The translations under genes were made by a program, and so were the position numbers. From Ascoidea asiatica JCM 7603 (taxonomy: Eukaryota > Fungi > Ascomycota): 64,000 bases of DNA. The DNA is taken from positions 1,200,362 to 1,264,361 of the forward strand of contig BCKQ01000001.1 of NCBI GenBank assembly GCA_001600695.1, in the 5' to 3' direction. Every line of letters begins with the position of its first letter. Position 1 is the stretch's first letter. The notes under the pieces were generated by a model. It worked only from the letters and a program-made list of their open reading frames with translations. It made no database searches and was not told where the DNA came from. Below are positions 12,170 to 24,613 of the stretch, in pieces.

Positions 12170-14440
12170 TTATAATTTTGATTTTGAAATTAATTCACCT
12201 TCCATATATTTTTTATTGATTTCATCTTTAAAAGTATCAATTACTTTATTTCTAACAATTTTCAAAGTAGCTGTTAAACATCTATTTTCCACTGTGAATG
12301 GTTCAATATCAATAATTATATTTTTAATTTTTTCAAAACCTTTTAATAAATTAGTTTTTTCAACATTATAATTCAAATTTTTCAAAATTTCAATTTTCAT
12401 ATAATTATTATTTGAAATTTCTTTAATAATTTCTTCTTCAGTTTTATTTTTAAAATTATTTAAATTGATTTTTTCATTATTTAAAAAAATTTTATTTAAA
12501 TAATTTTTTAAATTTTCTTTTTCAAAACCAATTATACCAATTAAAAAATTTTCATTTGAATTACCATAAATACAAATTTGATTTATAATTGAATTATTAC
12601 TTGAATAAATATTTTCAATTTTTTCACTTGAAATATATTCACCTTGACTTAATTTAAATATACTTTTAACTCTATCAATAATTAATAAATTATTTGTATT
12701 TTCTTCAAATTTTCCAACATCACCAGTTTTAAACCAAAATAATTCTTTATCATCAAAAGAATTTTGAGTAATAATTAAATCTTTATAATATTTTTTAAAA
12801 AGCATTGGACCTTTTAATAAAATTTCTCCAGATCTATTTTTATTCCATTTATAACCCATATTTGGTATATCTTTTAATTTAATTTCAATACTTGAACCAA
12901 CAATACCATTTGTACCAAAAGTTTTTGCATCATTTATAAAACCAGATGTACAACCAGAATGAGATTCAGTTAAACCATAACCTTGTAAAATACCAATATT
13001 AAATAAACCTGAAAAAAATTCTAAAGTTTGTTTATTAATTGGAGCACCACCACAAACAATAATTTTTAAATTTTTAAAACCAAGTTTATTTTTAATTTTA
13101 TTAAAAAAAATTAAATCATATTTTAAACTACCATTATTCCAAGCATTATAATTATTTTTTTTTGGATTTTTTAAATTTTCAATTTTATAATCAATTGAAT
13201 TTTTAATTAATTTTATACAATTATTTGGATAACCAATTTTAATTTTTAAAGAATTTTCAATTTTTGTTAATAATCTTGGTACACAAAGTAATAAATTTGG
13301 TTGAATATTTTGTAAATCATTAAAAAATTTATTTACATTACCAGGTTCAGTTGGAAAATGAACAATTGATTCTAATATTAATTCCATACTAAACATATTT
13401 CTTGTTAAAATATGTGGTAAAGGTAAGAAACATAAAGTTTTAAATTGAGTATTTAAAGAATTTAAATTATCTTTTCTTTGAATTGTTGATAAATTTGAAG
13501 TTAAAGCAGAAATTGCATTAAAATGAGATAATTCAACACCTTTTGGATTTGAAGTTGTACCAGAAGTAAAAGAAATTGTATAAATATCATTTCTTTTTGG
13601 AGGTTTAAATTTAAATTTAGATTTATTTTCATTACCAATTTTTAATAAAGTTTTAAAATCAATTAAATAAATATTTAAATTTAAAGAAATTTTAAATAAA
13701 TTATAATCATTTTGAATATTTAAATCTTCAATTGAAATAAAAATTTTAAGATTATTTAAATTATATTTTTTTTTAATATTTAAAAAATTTAAAATATTTT
13801 TTTTATTTAAGAAAATTATTGAAGAATTTGTTTTTTGTAAAATAAAAGAAGATTGATCATTATTTAAAGTTGAATATAAAGAAGTTGAGATTAAAGAATA
13901 TGCTTGACAAGATAAATCAATTAATAACCATTCTTTACAATTTGGTAAATTAATTGTTATAATATTAGAGGAAGTATTTTGATTTTGATTTTGATTTTTT
14001 AATAAATAAGATAAACCAGAACCAATTAATTTTCTTAAATTATCAACTTGTTCATAAGATAAATAAGTATAAAAATTATCAAAATTATTTAAAATTTTAT
14101 TATTAAATTTTTTAAAAGCAAATAATTTTTTATTTTTACCAAAATTTTTATTTAAATTAAAATTAAAAAGATCAAATAAAGTTTGAATATTTGGATGAAA
14201 ATTAGTACATAATTGATTATTTTTAGTAAAATCAGTTAATTTATTTTTAAAAATTGGAGAATAGTTATCATTATTATCATTATTATCATTATTATATTGA
14301 GTTAATTCAGATATAAAAGATTGATGTTTAATAGTTGGTAAATAAGGCATTTTATCTATGACATCTTGAACAGACATACCATCTTTATAAATTGGTAAAT
14401 ATACAGTTGGAAAATGATTTAAATTTGAATCTTCAGACAT
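12170..14440 (-). CDS. Peroxisomal long/medium-chain fatty acyl-CoA synthetase (Faa2-like)
   Basis: AMP-binding ISFTSGTTSNPKGV, QGYGLTE, WFKTGDVG, IIDRVKSIFKLSQGEYI; C-terminal SKL (PTS1). Confidence 0.92.
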   Translation of the reverse strand: MSEDSNLNHFPTVYLPIYKDGMSVQDVIDKMPYLPTIKHQSFISELTQYNNDNNDNNDNYSPIFKNKLTDFTKNNQLCTNFHPNIQTLFDLFNFNLNKNFGKNKKLFAFKKFNNKILNNFDNFYTYLSYEQVDNLRKLIGSGLSYLLKNQNQNQNTSSNIITINLPNCKEWLLIDLSCQAYSLISTSLYSTLNNDQSSFILQKTNSSIIFLNKKNILNFLNIKKKYNLNNLKIFISIEDLNIQNDYNLFKISLNLNIYLIDFKTLLKIGNENKSKFKFKPPKRNDIYTISFTSGTTSNPKGVELSHFNAISALTSNLSTIQRKDNLNSLNTQFKTLCFLPLPHILTRNMFSMELILESIVHFPTEPGNVNKFFNDLQNIQPNLLLCVPRLLTKIENSLKIKIGYPNNCIKLIKNSIDYKIENLKNPKKNNYNAWNNGSLKYDLIFFNKIKNKLGFKNLKIIVCGGAPINKQTLEFFSGLFNIGILQGYGLTESHSGCTSGFINDAKTFGTNGIVGSSIEIKLKDIPNMGYKWNKNRSGEILLKGPMLFKKYYKDLIITQNSFDDKELFWFKTGDVGKFEENTNNLLIIDRVKSIFKLSQGEYISSEKIENIYSSNNSIINQICIYGNSNENFLIGIIGFEKENLKNYLNKIFLNNEKINLNNFKNKTEEEIIKEISNNNYMKIEILKNLNYNVEKTNLLKGFEKIKNIIIDIEPFTVENRCLTATLKIVRNKVIDTFKDEINKKYMEGELISKSKL

Positions 14441-14891
14441 TTTATTATAATTGAGAATATGAATTGAATATGAATTGAATATGAATTGAATATGAATATG
14501 AATAAGATTTAGATTGTAGAGTTATTTGTATAGTTTTTCCATTTAGAAAAAAAAAAAGTGGTAATTTGTGTAGTATTTATAATATTTATAATATTTATAA
14601 TATTTATAGGAATGGAATGTAATCAATTAATTGACTAAGACAAATATTTTTTCACAAAATTTAGTTGGCGCTAAAGCTTTATTAGTAAAATATTACTGAA
14701 ATTGTATGAGATAAGAGATTTTAATAATGTTAAAAAGCAGTTAAAGGTCCTAAAACTTGGAAATGTGAGCTAAGAGTGAAACTGGAATGAATTTAAGGCT
14801 GGATCTAGTTGGCCAATGGAAACCAAACCAAAACAGGAATAAAAGAATGTTTCTAGTCAAAAGGGGTTTCTTTCGAGGCATGAATTGAATT

Positions 14892-14948
14892 GAAGAAGAA
14901 GAAGAAGAAGAAGAAGAAGAAGAAGAAGAAGAAGAAGAAGAAGAAGAA
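14892..14948. repeat. (GAA)19 microsatellite
   Basis: Perfect trinucleotide run. Confidence 0.95.
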
Positions 14949-15074
14949 AAAACAACAAAAACAACAAAAACTCGAACAAAAACAAGAAAGACCCACGGAA
15001 ACTATAGCCGTGCCACGGATGAGGCATTGATCCGGTTTATTAGCATTGGTTTATAGAAAATATAAAAAAAAGAA

Positions 15075-15146
15075 CTCCGCGACGGGGAATTGAACCCCGG
15101 TCTGCCACGCGACAAGCGGCAATTCTAGCCACTAAACTATCACGGA
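15075..15146 (-). tRNA. tRNA-Asp(GUC)
   Basis: Reverse complement TCCGTGATAGTTTAGTGGCTAGAATTGCCGCTTGTCGCGTGGCAGACCGGGGTTCAATTCCCCGTCGCGGAG; anticodon GTC; T-run downstream. Confidence 0.96.
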
Positions 15147-15437
15147 TTTTTCCTTGTCAAAAAATATAAAAAACTTTTCTTCAATGCTATAAGGTCTATT
15201 GAAACTTGAAAAAATTGATAATTCATTACTGCTAATTCAATTCCACTACAATTCGTAAATGTTATACTGTATAATGTTATATATAATAAGAACTCAATGA
15301 TTGAAAATTTGAATTAATCAAGAATATTATTAATTTAATTTAACTTTACTATATATTATATATAAAATAATATAAAATTAGATAATTTGATAATTTGATA
15401 ATTTGATAATTTGATTATTATAAGTAATTAATTTTAT

Positions 15438-16046
15438 TTAAAGAAGTAAATAAGAAAATAAAGTGAAAAGAGAAATAGATAAACCAGAAGTTTTATAATT
15501 TAATATACCATCATAATTTGAATTAGCTCCATTAGTTGTAGTAATTGTATGAACTTTTGATTTTGTTGAAGTTTTTGTTGATGTTGAAGTTTTTGTTTTT
15601 GATTTAGTTTTAGTTTTAGTTTTAGTTTTAATTGATGTAGTTTTTTCAGTACTTGTACTTGTAGATTTTTTATTTAAATTAACATCTTCATTATTATCAT
15701 CATATTCATTATCATTATCATATACATTATGATGATGATCATCATAATCATTTGAACCCCAATTATTTAAAAAATCAAAATGTTCTGAAAATGTTGGAAT
15801 ATTTCCCCATCCTAAATAATCTAACATTGAAGTAAATTTATTATATTGATCACGATTTGAAACTTCATTTGTTTCATCAAAATTTGAATTATAATCTCCA
15901 TCATCATCATCATGAATATATTCTCCATTTAAAATTTCATCAAGAATTTCATTTTTTTTATTTCTCATTTCCATAAATGGTGAAAAACTTTCTATAGTTA
16001 TTAAAAAACTAAAAAAAATAATAAATAAAATATTTCTTAATCTCAT
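15438..16046 (-). CDS. Small secreted, probably GPI-anchored protein of unknown function
   Basis: Hydrophobic N-terminal signal, acidic domain, Thr/Lys-rich stalk, TNGANS plus hydrophobic C-terminus. Confidence 0.72.
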   Translation of the reverse strand: MRLRNILFIIFFSFLITIESFSPFMEMRNKKNEILDEILNGEYIHDDDDGDYNSNFDETNEVSNRDQYNKFTSMLDYLGWGNIPTFSEHFDFLNNWGSNDYDDHHHNVYDNDNEYDDNNEDVNLNKKSTSTSTEKTTSIKTKTKTKTKSKTKTSTSTKTSTKSKVHTITTTNGANSNYDGILNYKTSGLSISLFTLFSYLLL

Positions 16047-17337
16047 TTTTAATTCACAATTTTCTTTTCTTCCTATACTTCCTACAACTAAATTTAATAA
16101 ATTACTTTAATTTAACTAGTATTCTTCAATTAATATAAGAAATAAAATAAATAAGATAAATAAATAAAATAATAATAGAAAAGAAATTGAAATATATCTC
16201 ATTATATACGTTTTTTTTTTTTCATTTAAAAAACTAATCAAAGCAATGAAGAAATTTTAATTGATTGGTAACTTTAACTACAATAATCTCTTTAATTTAC
16301 TAAATTTCAATAAAAATGAAATTAGCAATAGAAAAAATAATTAAATTTCATCATAATCAAATCTTTCTTGCTGTGGAGTCATTTTAATAAAGTATATAAA
16401 CAAATAATAAGTTGCTACTTTTATAATCCTCTTCTGTCCCAAAGGTCTGTCCTATATACTTCTTCAACAAGCCCATGCCTATTGCGGTAACTAAAACCCT
16501 CGAAACAGACTCTCAAACAACATGCAAGTAAACGCGTAATTTGGTAATCCTGCCGAATCTCTGCGCTTTAGAAATTGCGCTAGTGTCGCGCTAGTTTTGC
16601 GCTGTTCCCGATGTTGCGTCACTCAGACCCCTTTTTTCACCGTCCTCGCCACAGCTACTGCCATAATTAGCCACCATTAGCCCCAATTGAAGAGAGCAAT
16701 TGCAATTAGCCACTGCTCCCTGCGAGACCACTTCTGCGGGTTCTCTTGATTACACATCAATCCGTCAAAGCTCGTTTCTGCTGCTGGTGATGAAATCTCC
16801 AAATTCGGTTCCAAACTCACCTTTTAATATAATAAATCTCTAATGAATATGATAATGATTTGAATATCAAAATATCGATTAGAATATATGAAAATAATAT
16901 TCTTAATCAAAAATATCTTTAATACAACTTCAACTTCTTATTTTCTTTTAATCTTCTATCATAATATCTTTCATCAAATATCATTTATCAAATATCAAAT
17001 ATCATTTATCAAATATCATTTATCATATATCGCTAATCAAATACTATTAAATACTATTAAATACTATTATACTAATAAATACTATTAAATATTACTCCTT
17101 AACTTTTATCCAAATAATCAAATAATTTTAAATCGTAAAATTTATTTAATATCAAATTTAATTTCCAATTTATAAATTTTTTGATCTTTACTTAAAGATC
17201 ATTATTAAACCTTCCAAATTTTAAATTAAAATTTATTCTATATGTGCACTGCTAAAATTTATTAATTGTCAAAAGACATAACTTAAATTTTTTTAAAAAA
17301 AAAAAAAATTCAAATTTTAATCATATTTTTTTAAGAA

Positions 17338-19155
17338 ATGGTAAAAAATCTCTTACAATATGATTCAAATTTTTCTAATCCCTCCTGTATCTTTTTAGAT
17401 ATCAGTGATGGGATCAATAATAATAATAATAATAATAATAATAATTATTCAAATAAAAATTTAAATATATTAAAAAAAAATTTAAAAACAAATAAAATTT
17501 CAAAAAAAATTTCAAAAAAAATTTCAAATTTACAAAAAAATAATTTAAAAATCTCAAAAATTTATAAAAATTCAAAAAAAATTAATAAAAATATTAATAT
17601 TAATATTAATAATAATAATAATAATATTAAAAAAAATTTACAAAAAAATTCATATAATCAAATTGATCAATTTAATCAATCAAAAAATCAAATTCAAATT
17701 CAAATTCAAACTGAAGTTCAAAATCAAATTCAATCTTTAAATCCAATTGTAAACAAAGTATTTAACTCAAATTATCAAGATTCTTTAACTTATATTATTC
17801 AAAATTTATCAAAAGATTCTTTAAATTCAAATCAAAAATTTACTTTACTTTCTTTATTATATAATAAACTTATTAATAATTCAAATTCAAATATTGATAA
17901 TAATATTAATGATAAATTAATTCATTTATTATTTAATTTATCAAAAGATTCTCATAATCAAAATTTTATTTTATCTTTATTATCTTTTAAATCTTTATTT
18001 TTATTATTTTCTTTAAATTTTGATAATTATTCAAATTTAATAATTGATAGATTTTTACCAGCTTTAAAAAATTTAATTTTTAAATCAAATAATGAAAATA
18101 TTAAAAAAATTGATCCAATTTTTTATTCATTTTTAATTAAAGGTTATACAACTTTATTAATTAATTTTTATTCAAATAATGATGATGAAGATTTTGAAGA
18201 TTTTGAAGATTTTGAAGATATTGAAAATATTATATATTTATTTTTACAAAATTTTGAAAATAATGAAATTTTTTTTTTAAATAATGATAAAATTCTTTTA
18301 ACTTTTTTAGAATCTTTAGGTGGATTATTATCATTAATTAATTCAAAATTAAATGAAGAAATTGAAGAAATTGAAGAAATTTATGAAATTTATGAAAAAT
18401 ATAATAATTTAATTTTATTAATATTTAATTTAATAATTAAAAAAAATTTATTAAAAAAAAATTATGAAAATAAATTAATTTTTAAATCAATTTTAAATTT
18501 AATTAATTTATTTTTTGAAAATTTTAAATATTCTATTAAAAAAGATTCAAATTTAATTAAAAATTATTATTCAAATTATATTTTAAAGTTTTTTTGTAAT
18601 AATAATGATAATAATAATGATAATAATAAAGAAATTAAAAAAGAAATTGAAAAATGTTTAAATTTAATTAATTATTATATTAATAAAAGTGAATTAAAAA
18701 TTTTTGAAAATAATTTAGGAAATTTAAAATTAAATTTTAAGATTATTAAATTAAATTCATATTCAAAATTTTATATTTTTAATCATTTAAAATGGTTATT
18801 TGGTAAATCAATTAATTTTCATTTATTTAATAATAATAATAATAATATTTTAAGAATTTTAAATAATTTTAAATTTATTAATGAAGAAAAAGAAGATATT
18901 AATAATAAGAAATGTTATAAGAAATGTGATAAGAAATGTGATAAATTGAAATTGAATTTAAATTCAGATTTTTTTATAAAATTTCCTTTATCTCCGGTTA
19001 GTAATGAAGAAGATAATGAAGAAGAAGATGAAGAAGAAGAAGAAGAGAAAGGTAAATTTATTAATTTAAAATCAGATTATAATGAAAATGTTTTTAAAAG
19101 TATTGAAATTTTTTCAAATAATAATTCATTAAATTCACATTCAATTATGATTTAA
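17338..19155 (+). CDS. Helical-repeat protein, probably IFRD (interferon-related developmental regulator) family, divergent
   Basis: 605-aa open frame in very AT-rich DNA; segment IIKLNSYSKFYIFNHLKWLFGKSINFHL resembles the IFRD C-terminal motif; ARM-like amphipathic helices. Confidence 0.5.
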   Translation: MVKNLLQYDSNFSNPSCIFLDISDGINNNNNNNNNNYSNKNLNILKKNLKTNKISKKISKKISNLQKNNLKISKIYKNSKKINKNINININNNNNNIKKNLQKNSYNQIDQFNQSKNQIQIQIQTEVQNQIQSLNPIVNKVFNSNYQDSLTYIIQNLSKDSLNSNQKFTLLSLLYNKLINNSNSNIDNNINDKLIHLLFNLSKDSHNQNFILSLLSFKSLFLLFSLNFDNYSNLIIDRFLPALKNLIFKSNNENIKKIDPIFYSFLIKGYTTLLINFYSNNDDEDFEDFEDFEDIENIIYLFLQNFENNEIFFLNNDKILLTFLESLGGLLSLINSKLNEEIEEIEEIYEIYEKYNNLILLIFNLIIKKNLLKKNYENKLIFKSILNLINLFFENFKYSIKKDSNLIKNYYSNYILKFFCNNNDNNNDNNKEIKKEIEKCLNLINYYINKSELKIFENNLGNLKLNFKIIKLNSYSKFYIFNHLKWLFGKSINFHLFNNNNNNILRILNNFKFINEEKEDINNKKCYKKCDKKCDKLKLNLNSDFFIKFPLSPVSNEEDNEEEDEEEEEEKGKFINLKSDYNENVFKSIEIFSNNNSLNSHSIMI

Positions 19156-19219
19156 AATACAATATAATATAATATATGATATTGACTTCGATAAAGATAT
19201 TGTAAAATATTGTAAGATA

Positions 19220-20083
19220 TTAAGTTATATTTTTTTTAATATTATTCCAAAATATATTTCTTTGATTAATTAAAGCTAAAGCTAAATTTTTAATTTGAAT
19301 AATATTAATTTGATTAATTGAATTAAAAAATTGTTGTAAATTTAAATTACCATTAAATTTTTTTTCATATTCAAAAGCTTGAATTAACATTTCAAATTTA
19401 TCAATAGATTTAACAATTTTACCTTCAATTGATAATTGATTTTCATAATTTAACCATAAATTTAAAATTTTAAAAGAAATTAAAGAATTATATGGTTTTA
19501 TTAAATTTTCACAAATATATAAAATTGTTTTTAATTCTCTATAATGTTTTTCAAATTTTGAAATTTTATCAATTGGAGTTATATCACCAACTAAACATTC
19601 AGATAAATCATGAATTAAAGAAATTTCAATACATTTTGAAGTATTAAAAGATAAATTATCATCATTATTATTATTATTATTAATTAATAATTTTGAAATT
19701 ATTGCCATTCTATACATATGATCACTAATTGATTCAGCATCTTTTATACCAAAATTTAACCATCCAGTTCTTTTTTGAGTTTTTAATAAACTTATAATAT
19801 TTAAAAAAGCAAGAATTAAATTTAAATTTTTTTCATTATCATTATCATTATCATTATCTGAAGTTGTTGTTGTTGTTGTATTAAAGTTATCATTAATTAT
19901 AATTTTAATATCATTTGGAATTTGATCTTCTGGTTTCCAATGAGAAAATTTTTCAATATCTTCATTTGTAAATTCAGAAAGTAAACTTGAATAATCAAAA
20001 TTAGCATGAGTGATAACTGGAGTATCATTACTATCATTACTATCATTACTATCACTAGTAGAATTTGATAAAGAGCGAGTCAT
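19220..20083 (-). CDS. HD-domain 5'-deoxynucleotidase (YBR242W/YGK1/HDDC2 family)
   Basis: LKTQKRTGW, ESISDHMYRM, IHDLSECLVGDITP, VKSIDKFEMLIQAFEYE. True start taken as ATG at 20083; the track's extension to 20326 is repeat/promoter DNA with a GTG start. Confidence 0.92.
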   Translation of the reverse strand: MTRSLSNSTSDSNDSNDSNDTPVITHANFDYSSLLSEFTNEDIEKFSHWKPEDQIPNDIKIIINDNFNTTTTTTSDNDNDNDNEKNLNLILAFLNIISLLKTQKRTGWLNFGIKDAESISDHMYRMAIISKLLINNNNNNDDNLSFNTSKCIEISLIHDLSECLVGDITPIDKISKFEKHYRELKTILYICENLIKPYNSLISFKILNLWLNYENQLSIEGKIVKSIDKFEMLIQAFEYEKKFNGNLNLQQFFNSINQINIIQIKNLALALINQRNIFWNNIKKNIT

Positions 20084-20480
20084 TTTATTAAGGGAATAAT
20101 GATAAATGTAATGATAAAGACAATAAAGACAATAAAGACAATATGAATTTAAATAAACGTATAAATTAGAAGTACATTGGTAATAGTAATATAATAGTAA
20201 TAGTAATAGTAATAGTAATACTGTAACTGCACACCAGCCACACCGCCTCCCGCTGCGGCTCGTACAACAACTACTTCTCTTCTCTTCTCTTCTCTTCTCT
20301 TCTCTCTCCTCTCCATCACCGTCCACCGTGTACTCTACCGTCTACCTACCGTCTACTCCTCTCTCTCTCTCTCCATTTATTCTCTCTCCATTTATTCTCT
20401 CTTCTTCATCTACCGTCAACCACTTCTCTTCTTCTTCATTCTCTTCTTCTTCATTCTCGTTGCCGTGATCGTCTTCTACC

Positions 20481-20521
20481 ACTCTCCCACGTGACAGCAT
20501 AAGATACTCTCCCACGTGACA
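20481..20521. promoter_or_regulatory. Duplicated E-box (GTCACGTG, Cbf1/Pho4-type) in the HD-gene/KTI11 divergent promoter
   Basis: 16-bp direct repeat actctcccacgtgaca at 20481 and 20506. Confidence 0.6.
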
Positions 20522-20761
20522 ACAAGGGCATAAAGTTATTTATTGCAACCAGTTCTGGTTCAAGAAAATATTCTCTTAAACTTCACCGTTAACTTCATTT
20601 TATTCATTTTATTCATTTAAAAGAATCATTTTGTTCATTTACAACTGTTTTCCTCTTCTATCAATAAGAATATATCAAACCTCTATCTAAATACAAACAC
20701 TAATACAATATATTTAATATTCTTATATTTAATATTCTTATATTCTTCTTATTCTTCTTAA

Positions 20762-21070
20762 ATGGGATTTAACTCAATTTTTGGTAAATTAACAATGTCT
20801 TCATTAATAGATTCAATTTATGATCAAATTGAAATTGATGATTTTTCATTTGATTCAATAACTCAATTATTTTCATTTCCATGTCCATGTGGTGATAAAT
20901 TTCAAATATCTTTAGATGATTTAAAAAATGGTGAAGAAATTGCAATTTGTCCTTCATGTTCTTTAATGATTCAAATTATTTATGAATTTAATGATTTAAA
21001 TCAATATATTAAAGAAATTAATAATCAAAATTCAATATCAAATTCTAATCAAAATCCAATATTTGCTTAA
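20762..21070 (+). CDS. KTI11: CSL zinc-ribbon diphthamide/Elongator factor Kti11/Dph3
   Basis: [40 protein letters not shown]; alternative start at ATG 20795. Confidence 0.95.
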   Translation: MGFNSIFGKLTMSSLIDSIYDQIEIDDFSFDSITQLFSFPCPCGDKFQISLDDLKNGEEIAICPSCSLMIQIIYEFNDLNQYIKEINNQNSISNSNQNPIFA

Positions 21071-21614
21071 TACTCTCTCCTTCTCCTTCTCTTCTCCTTC
21101 TTTGTATATTATATTTCATTCATTCATTCATTCATTCATTCATTCATTCATTCATTCATTCATTTCTTTATATATATAAAATTGTTTTATTTTGGTCTCT
21201 CTATTATCTTTAGTTATTATATACTTTATATACTTTATATACTTTTTATATACTTTTTATATACTTTTTATTCAATAAAATCATTTACTTCTTACTTACT
21301 TACCTCTTTGTAGTTTGTCTCCTATAAATATTCAATTAAACGCCGAAACTATTAAAATCCGACATTCACTTCCATACATTACATACATTACATATATTAT
21401 ATATTACATATATTACATACATTACATACATTATATTATATATGAGGTATTTAAAATAAATAAAGCTTTAAATTATCTTACTTCTCTTACTTCTCTTATT
21501 TATCTTATTTATTATTAGTTTGTTAAAAAGTAAATTAACCGCTGATACAATTATTTTATATTTCTATATATTATATCACATATATACATATATACATACA
21601 TACATACATACATA

Positions 21615-22904
21615 ATGAATATAACAAATTTACAAGATCTTGATAGAAATGATATTCAAGATCCAATTATTCTTAAAAATCAAATTTATAATACAAATAA
21701 CAATAACAACAATAATAATTCATTACCAAAAGAAATAAAAATTGAAAATTTAAATTCAAGAGTTGGTAGACCATTAAGAAATATAAAATATTTACCAATT
21801 AAAAAAATATCTTTTTTAACAAATAAAACAATTTTACCAAATTTTAATTATGATAAAATTAATTTTAAAAATTTAAATATTAATGAAATTATTATTCAAA
21901 TTAAATCAATTTCTTTAAATCCAATTGATTTAAAAATTAAAAATTATTTTAAATCAGATTTTTATGGTAATTTAAAAGGTTTTGGTAGAGAATATTCTGG
22001 AATTGTATTTAAATCAAATAATAAAAATTTTAATAATGGTGATATTGTTTCTGGAATTTATTTTCATATTTTTAATAATGGTACTTTATCTTCTCATATA
22101 AAAATTAATTTAAAAATTGATCCAATTATAAAAATTGATAATTTAACTTATAATTTATTAAATTTTAATAAATTATCTTCTTGGAATTTTACTTTTATAA
22201 TTATAAATCAAATTTTAAATAAAATTAAATCTTTTTATTCAAATAATAATTTTTTAGATTCTTCAAAAAAAATTTTAATTAATGGTGGTTCAACTTTTAC
22301 AAGTTTAATAATTATTCAAATTTTAAAAAAAATTTATAATATTAATAATATAACTATAATTTGTTCAGGAAATTCAATAAATTTTTTAAAAAAATTTTTA
22401 AATATTAATAAAAATTCATTTATTAATTATAGAGAATTTAATGGTGATATAATTAAAAATTTAAATAATTATTTATTAATTAATAAAAATTTAAAATTTG
22501 ATATAATTTTAGATTTTATTGGTGGTTATAAAATTTTATCAAATATTTCAAATTTTATTAATAATAATAATAAAAATTCAATATATTTAACAACTGTTGG
22601 TGATAAAAAATCAATTTATAAAAAAGATTTAATAAATTTAAATAAAAATTTAATTTTTTCAAAAACAAGAAATAATTTTAATAAATTAATTTGGGGTTTT
22701 AATTATATAAAATTTAATTATAATTTTTCAAATTTAAATGAATGTAATGAATTTTTAAATATTGGTAAAAATTTATTATCTCAAGGTAAATTAATTTTAT
22801 TTATTGATTCAATTTATAATTGGAAAGATATTCAAATTGCTTTAAATAAATTATCAACTCAACATGCAAGAGGTAAAATAGTTCTTGAAGTTGATGAATT
22901 CTAA
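21615..22904 (+). CDS. Medium-chain dehydrogenase/reductase-like protein (Ast1/Ast2/Yim1 family)
   Basis: SLNPIDLKI, GFGREYSGIV, ILINGGST, FDIILDFIGGY, HARGKIVLEV; next to KTI11 as AST1 is in S. cerevisiae. Confidence 0.82.
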   Translation: MNITNLQDLDRNDIQDPIILKNQIYNTNNNNNNNNSLPKEIKIENLNSRVGRPLRNIKYLPIKKISFLTNKTILPNFNYDKINFKNLNINEIIIQIKSISLNPIDLKIKNYFKSDFYGNLKGFGREYSGIVFKSNNKNFNNGDIVSGIYFHIFNNGTLSSHIKINLKIDPIIKIDNLTYNLLNFNKLSSWNFTFIIINQILNKIKSFYSNNNFLDSSKKILINGGSTFTSLIIIQILKKIYNINNITIICSGNSINFLKKFLNINKNSFINYREFNGDIIKNLNNYLLINKNLKFDIILDFIGGYKILSNISNFINNNNKNSIYLTTVGDKKSIYKKDLINLNKNLIFSKTRNNFNKLIWGFNYIKFNYNFSNLNECNEFLNIGKNLLSQGKLILFIDSIYNWKDIQIALNKLSTQHARGKIVLEVDEF

Positions 22905-22981
22905 TCCATTAACTTCATTTATATATTCATTTATTTATATATTCATTTATTTATTATTGACTATTGAAAAAACTAAAAAAA

Positions 22982-23374
22982 TTATATAAACTCTTTTATT
23001 TTAAAATTTAAATCCCTTTTATAAAAAATCCAATTATGTTTATTTTTATTTTTACTTAAAAATGGTAATAAATTTTCATTTAAATTAAAATTTAAATATA
23101 ATTCTAATTGACCTAATTTATTCATTAAAATTGTAGTTGTAAAAAGAAAATCTCCTTTATAATCAAAAATTAAACTTTCAAATAAAAATTCATCAGAAAT
23201 TTTATATGAATTTTTTTTTGTTAATTTATTAAAATTTAAATCTGATTCTGGTAATGGAATTTTTGTTAATTTTAAAGAATTTGTAAATGATAATAATAAT
23301 TTTTCTTGAATTTTACTAATTTCTAAATCAAAATTTTTTTCATTATCATTATTTAATATTATTGTTGAAGTTGT

Positions 23375-23405
<31 letters not shown>

Positions 23406-24613
23406 AATGAGGAGTTAAGAGTTAAATGATTATTTAAATTTTTATAAAAAGTTTCATTCATTGGAGAATTTAATATTAATATAAAAGGTCTTATATTATT
23501 TTCATTTTCATTTTTATTATCTTCATTATCATTATTAATATAATTACCTAAATAAAAATCATAACCTAAAGGAGATAAATTATAATTTAAAATTGAAATT
23601 TTTTTATAAATTTCAGATAAAGATAAAGGTAAAATTTGTTTACAATTAATTTTATTTAAAATTTGATTATTATTTTTAATATTAAATTGATTAATATTAC
23701 ATAATTTTGGTAAATGAATTGAAATTTCATAATTACAAGTTTTAAATTCTTTAATATAATTTATAATTGGATAATTTAAATTTGAATTACATGAATAAAT
23801 AATATTTGAAGATCTTTTATAATTTGTTAAATCACAATTTGTACCATGATTAATTTCTTGAATTAAAACTAAAGAATTTGAATTTGAATTTAATTGATGA
23901 TTATTATTATTATTATTATTATTAATATTAATATTATTTAAATTATTTGAAGATTGAGAGATGAAATTTGAAGATAATTGTAAATTTTTTAAATTATTTG
24001 AATTATTATTAAATTTACCTAAATAATATAAAGGTAATTGAGGATCTCTTTTATGATTTTGAAATTGAATTGGATTATTATTTAAATTTAAATTTATATC
24101 ATGAAATTGAGATATATAATTATTAAAACAAAATGAATATGTCCAATAACCAGAAATATAATATAAACAAATATTATTTAAAGTTTCATTAATAAAATTT
24201 ATTGCAATTTTTTTAATTTCAGTTTCATTATAATTTAAAATATTTGAAATATTTGAAATATTTTTTTCATTTAAATTTGATTTATATAAATCAGGTAATA
24301 AATTATATAATGGATTTTTTAAATGATTTGAAATATTTGGAAATAAACAAATAAAAGATTTATTATTTGATAAATTAATTAAAGTATATGAATCATTATT
24401 TAATAAATTATATATATCATTTTTGTTATTATCATTATTATTAATTGAATTAAATTGATAATTAATTGAATATTTTGGATTTGAATATATATCTTCATAA
24501 ACATTAAATGAATTTACAAAATTAAGTATATAAGATAATAAAATTATTATTATTAAAGATGATGAAGATGATGAAGATTTATATGATAATATTGAAAAGG
24601 GTATTATTAACAT
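22982..24613 (-). CDS. YOS9: ER lectin OS-9/Yos9 (MRH domain)
   Basis: Signal peptide; CLYYISGYWTYSFC...SQFHD, GTNCDLTNYKRSSNIIYSC, EFKTCNYEISIHLPKLC. Confidence 0.85.

Noticed and set aside
14990-15050. Oleate response element upstream of the FAA2-like gene
   Set aside because: CGG/CCG triplets are present, but spacing and the TNR position do not fit the ORE consensus.
20084-20326. N-terminal extension of the HD-domain ORF in the track
   Set aside because: GTG start, translated from microsatellite and promoter DNA (poly-L/Y, EEKR repeats); the conserved protein begins at ATG 20083.
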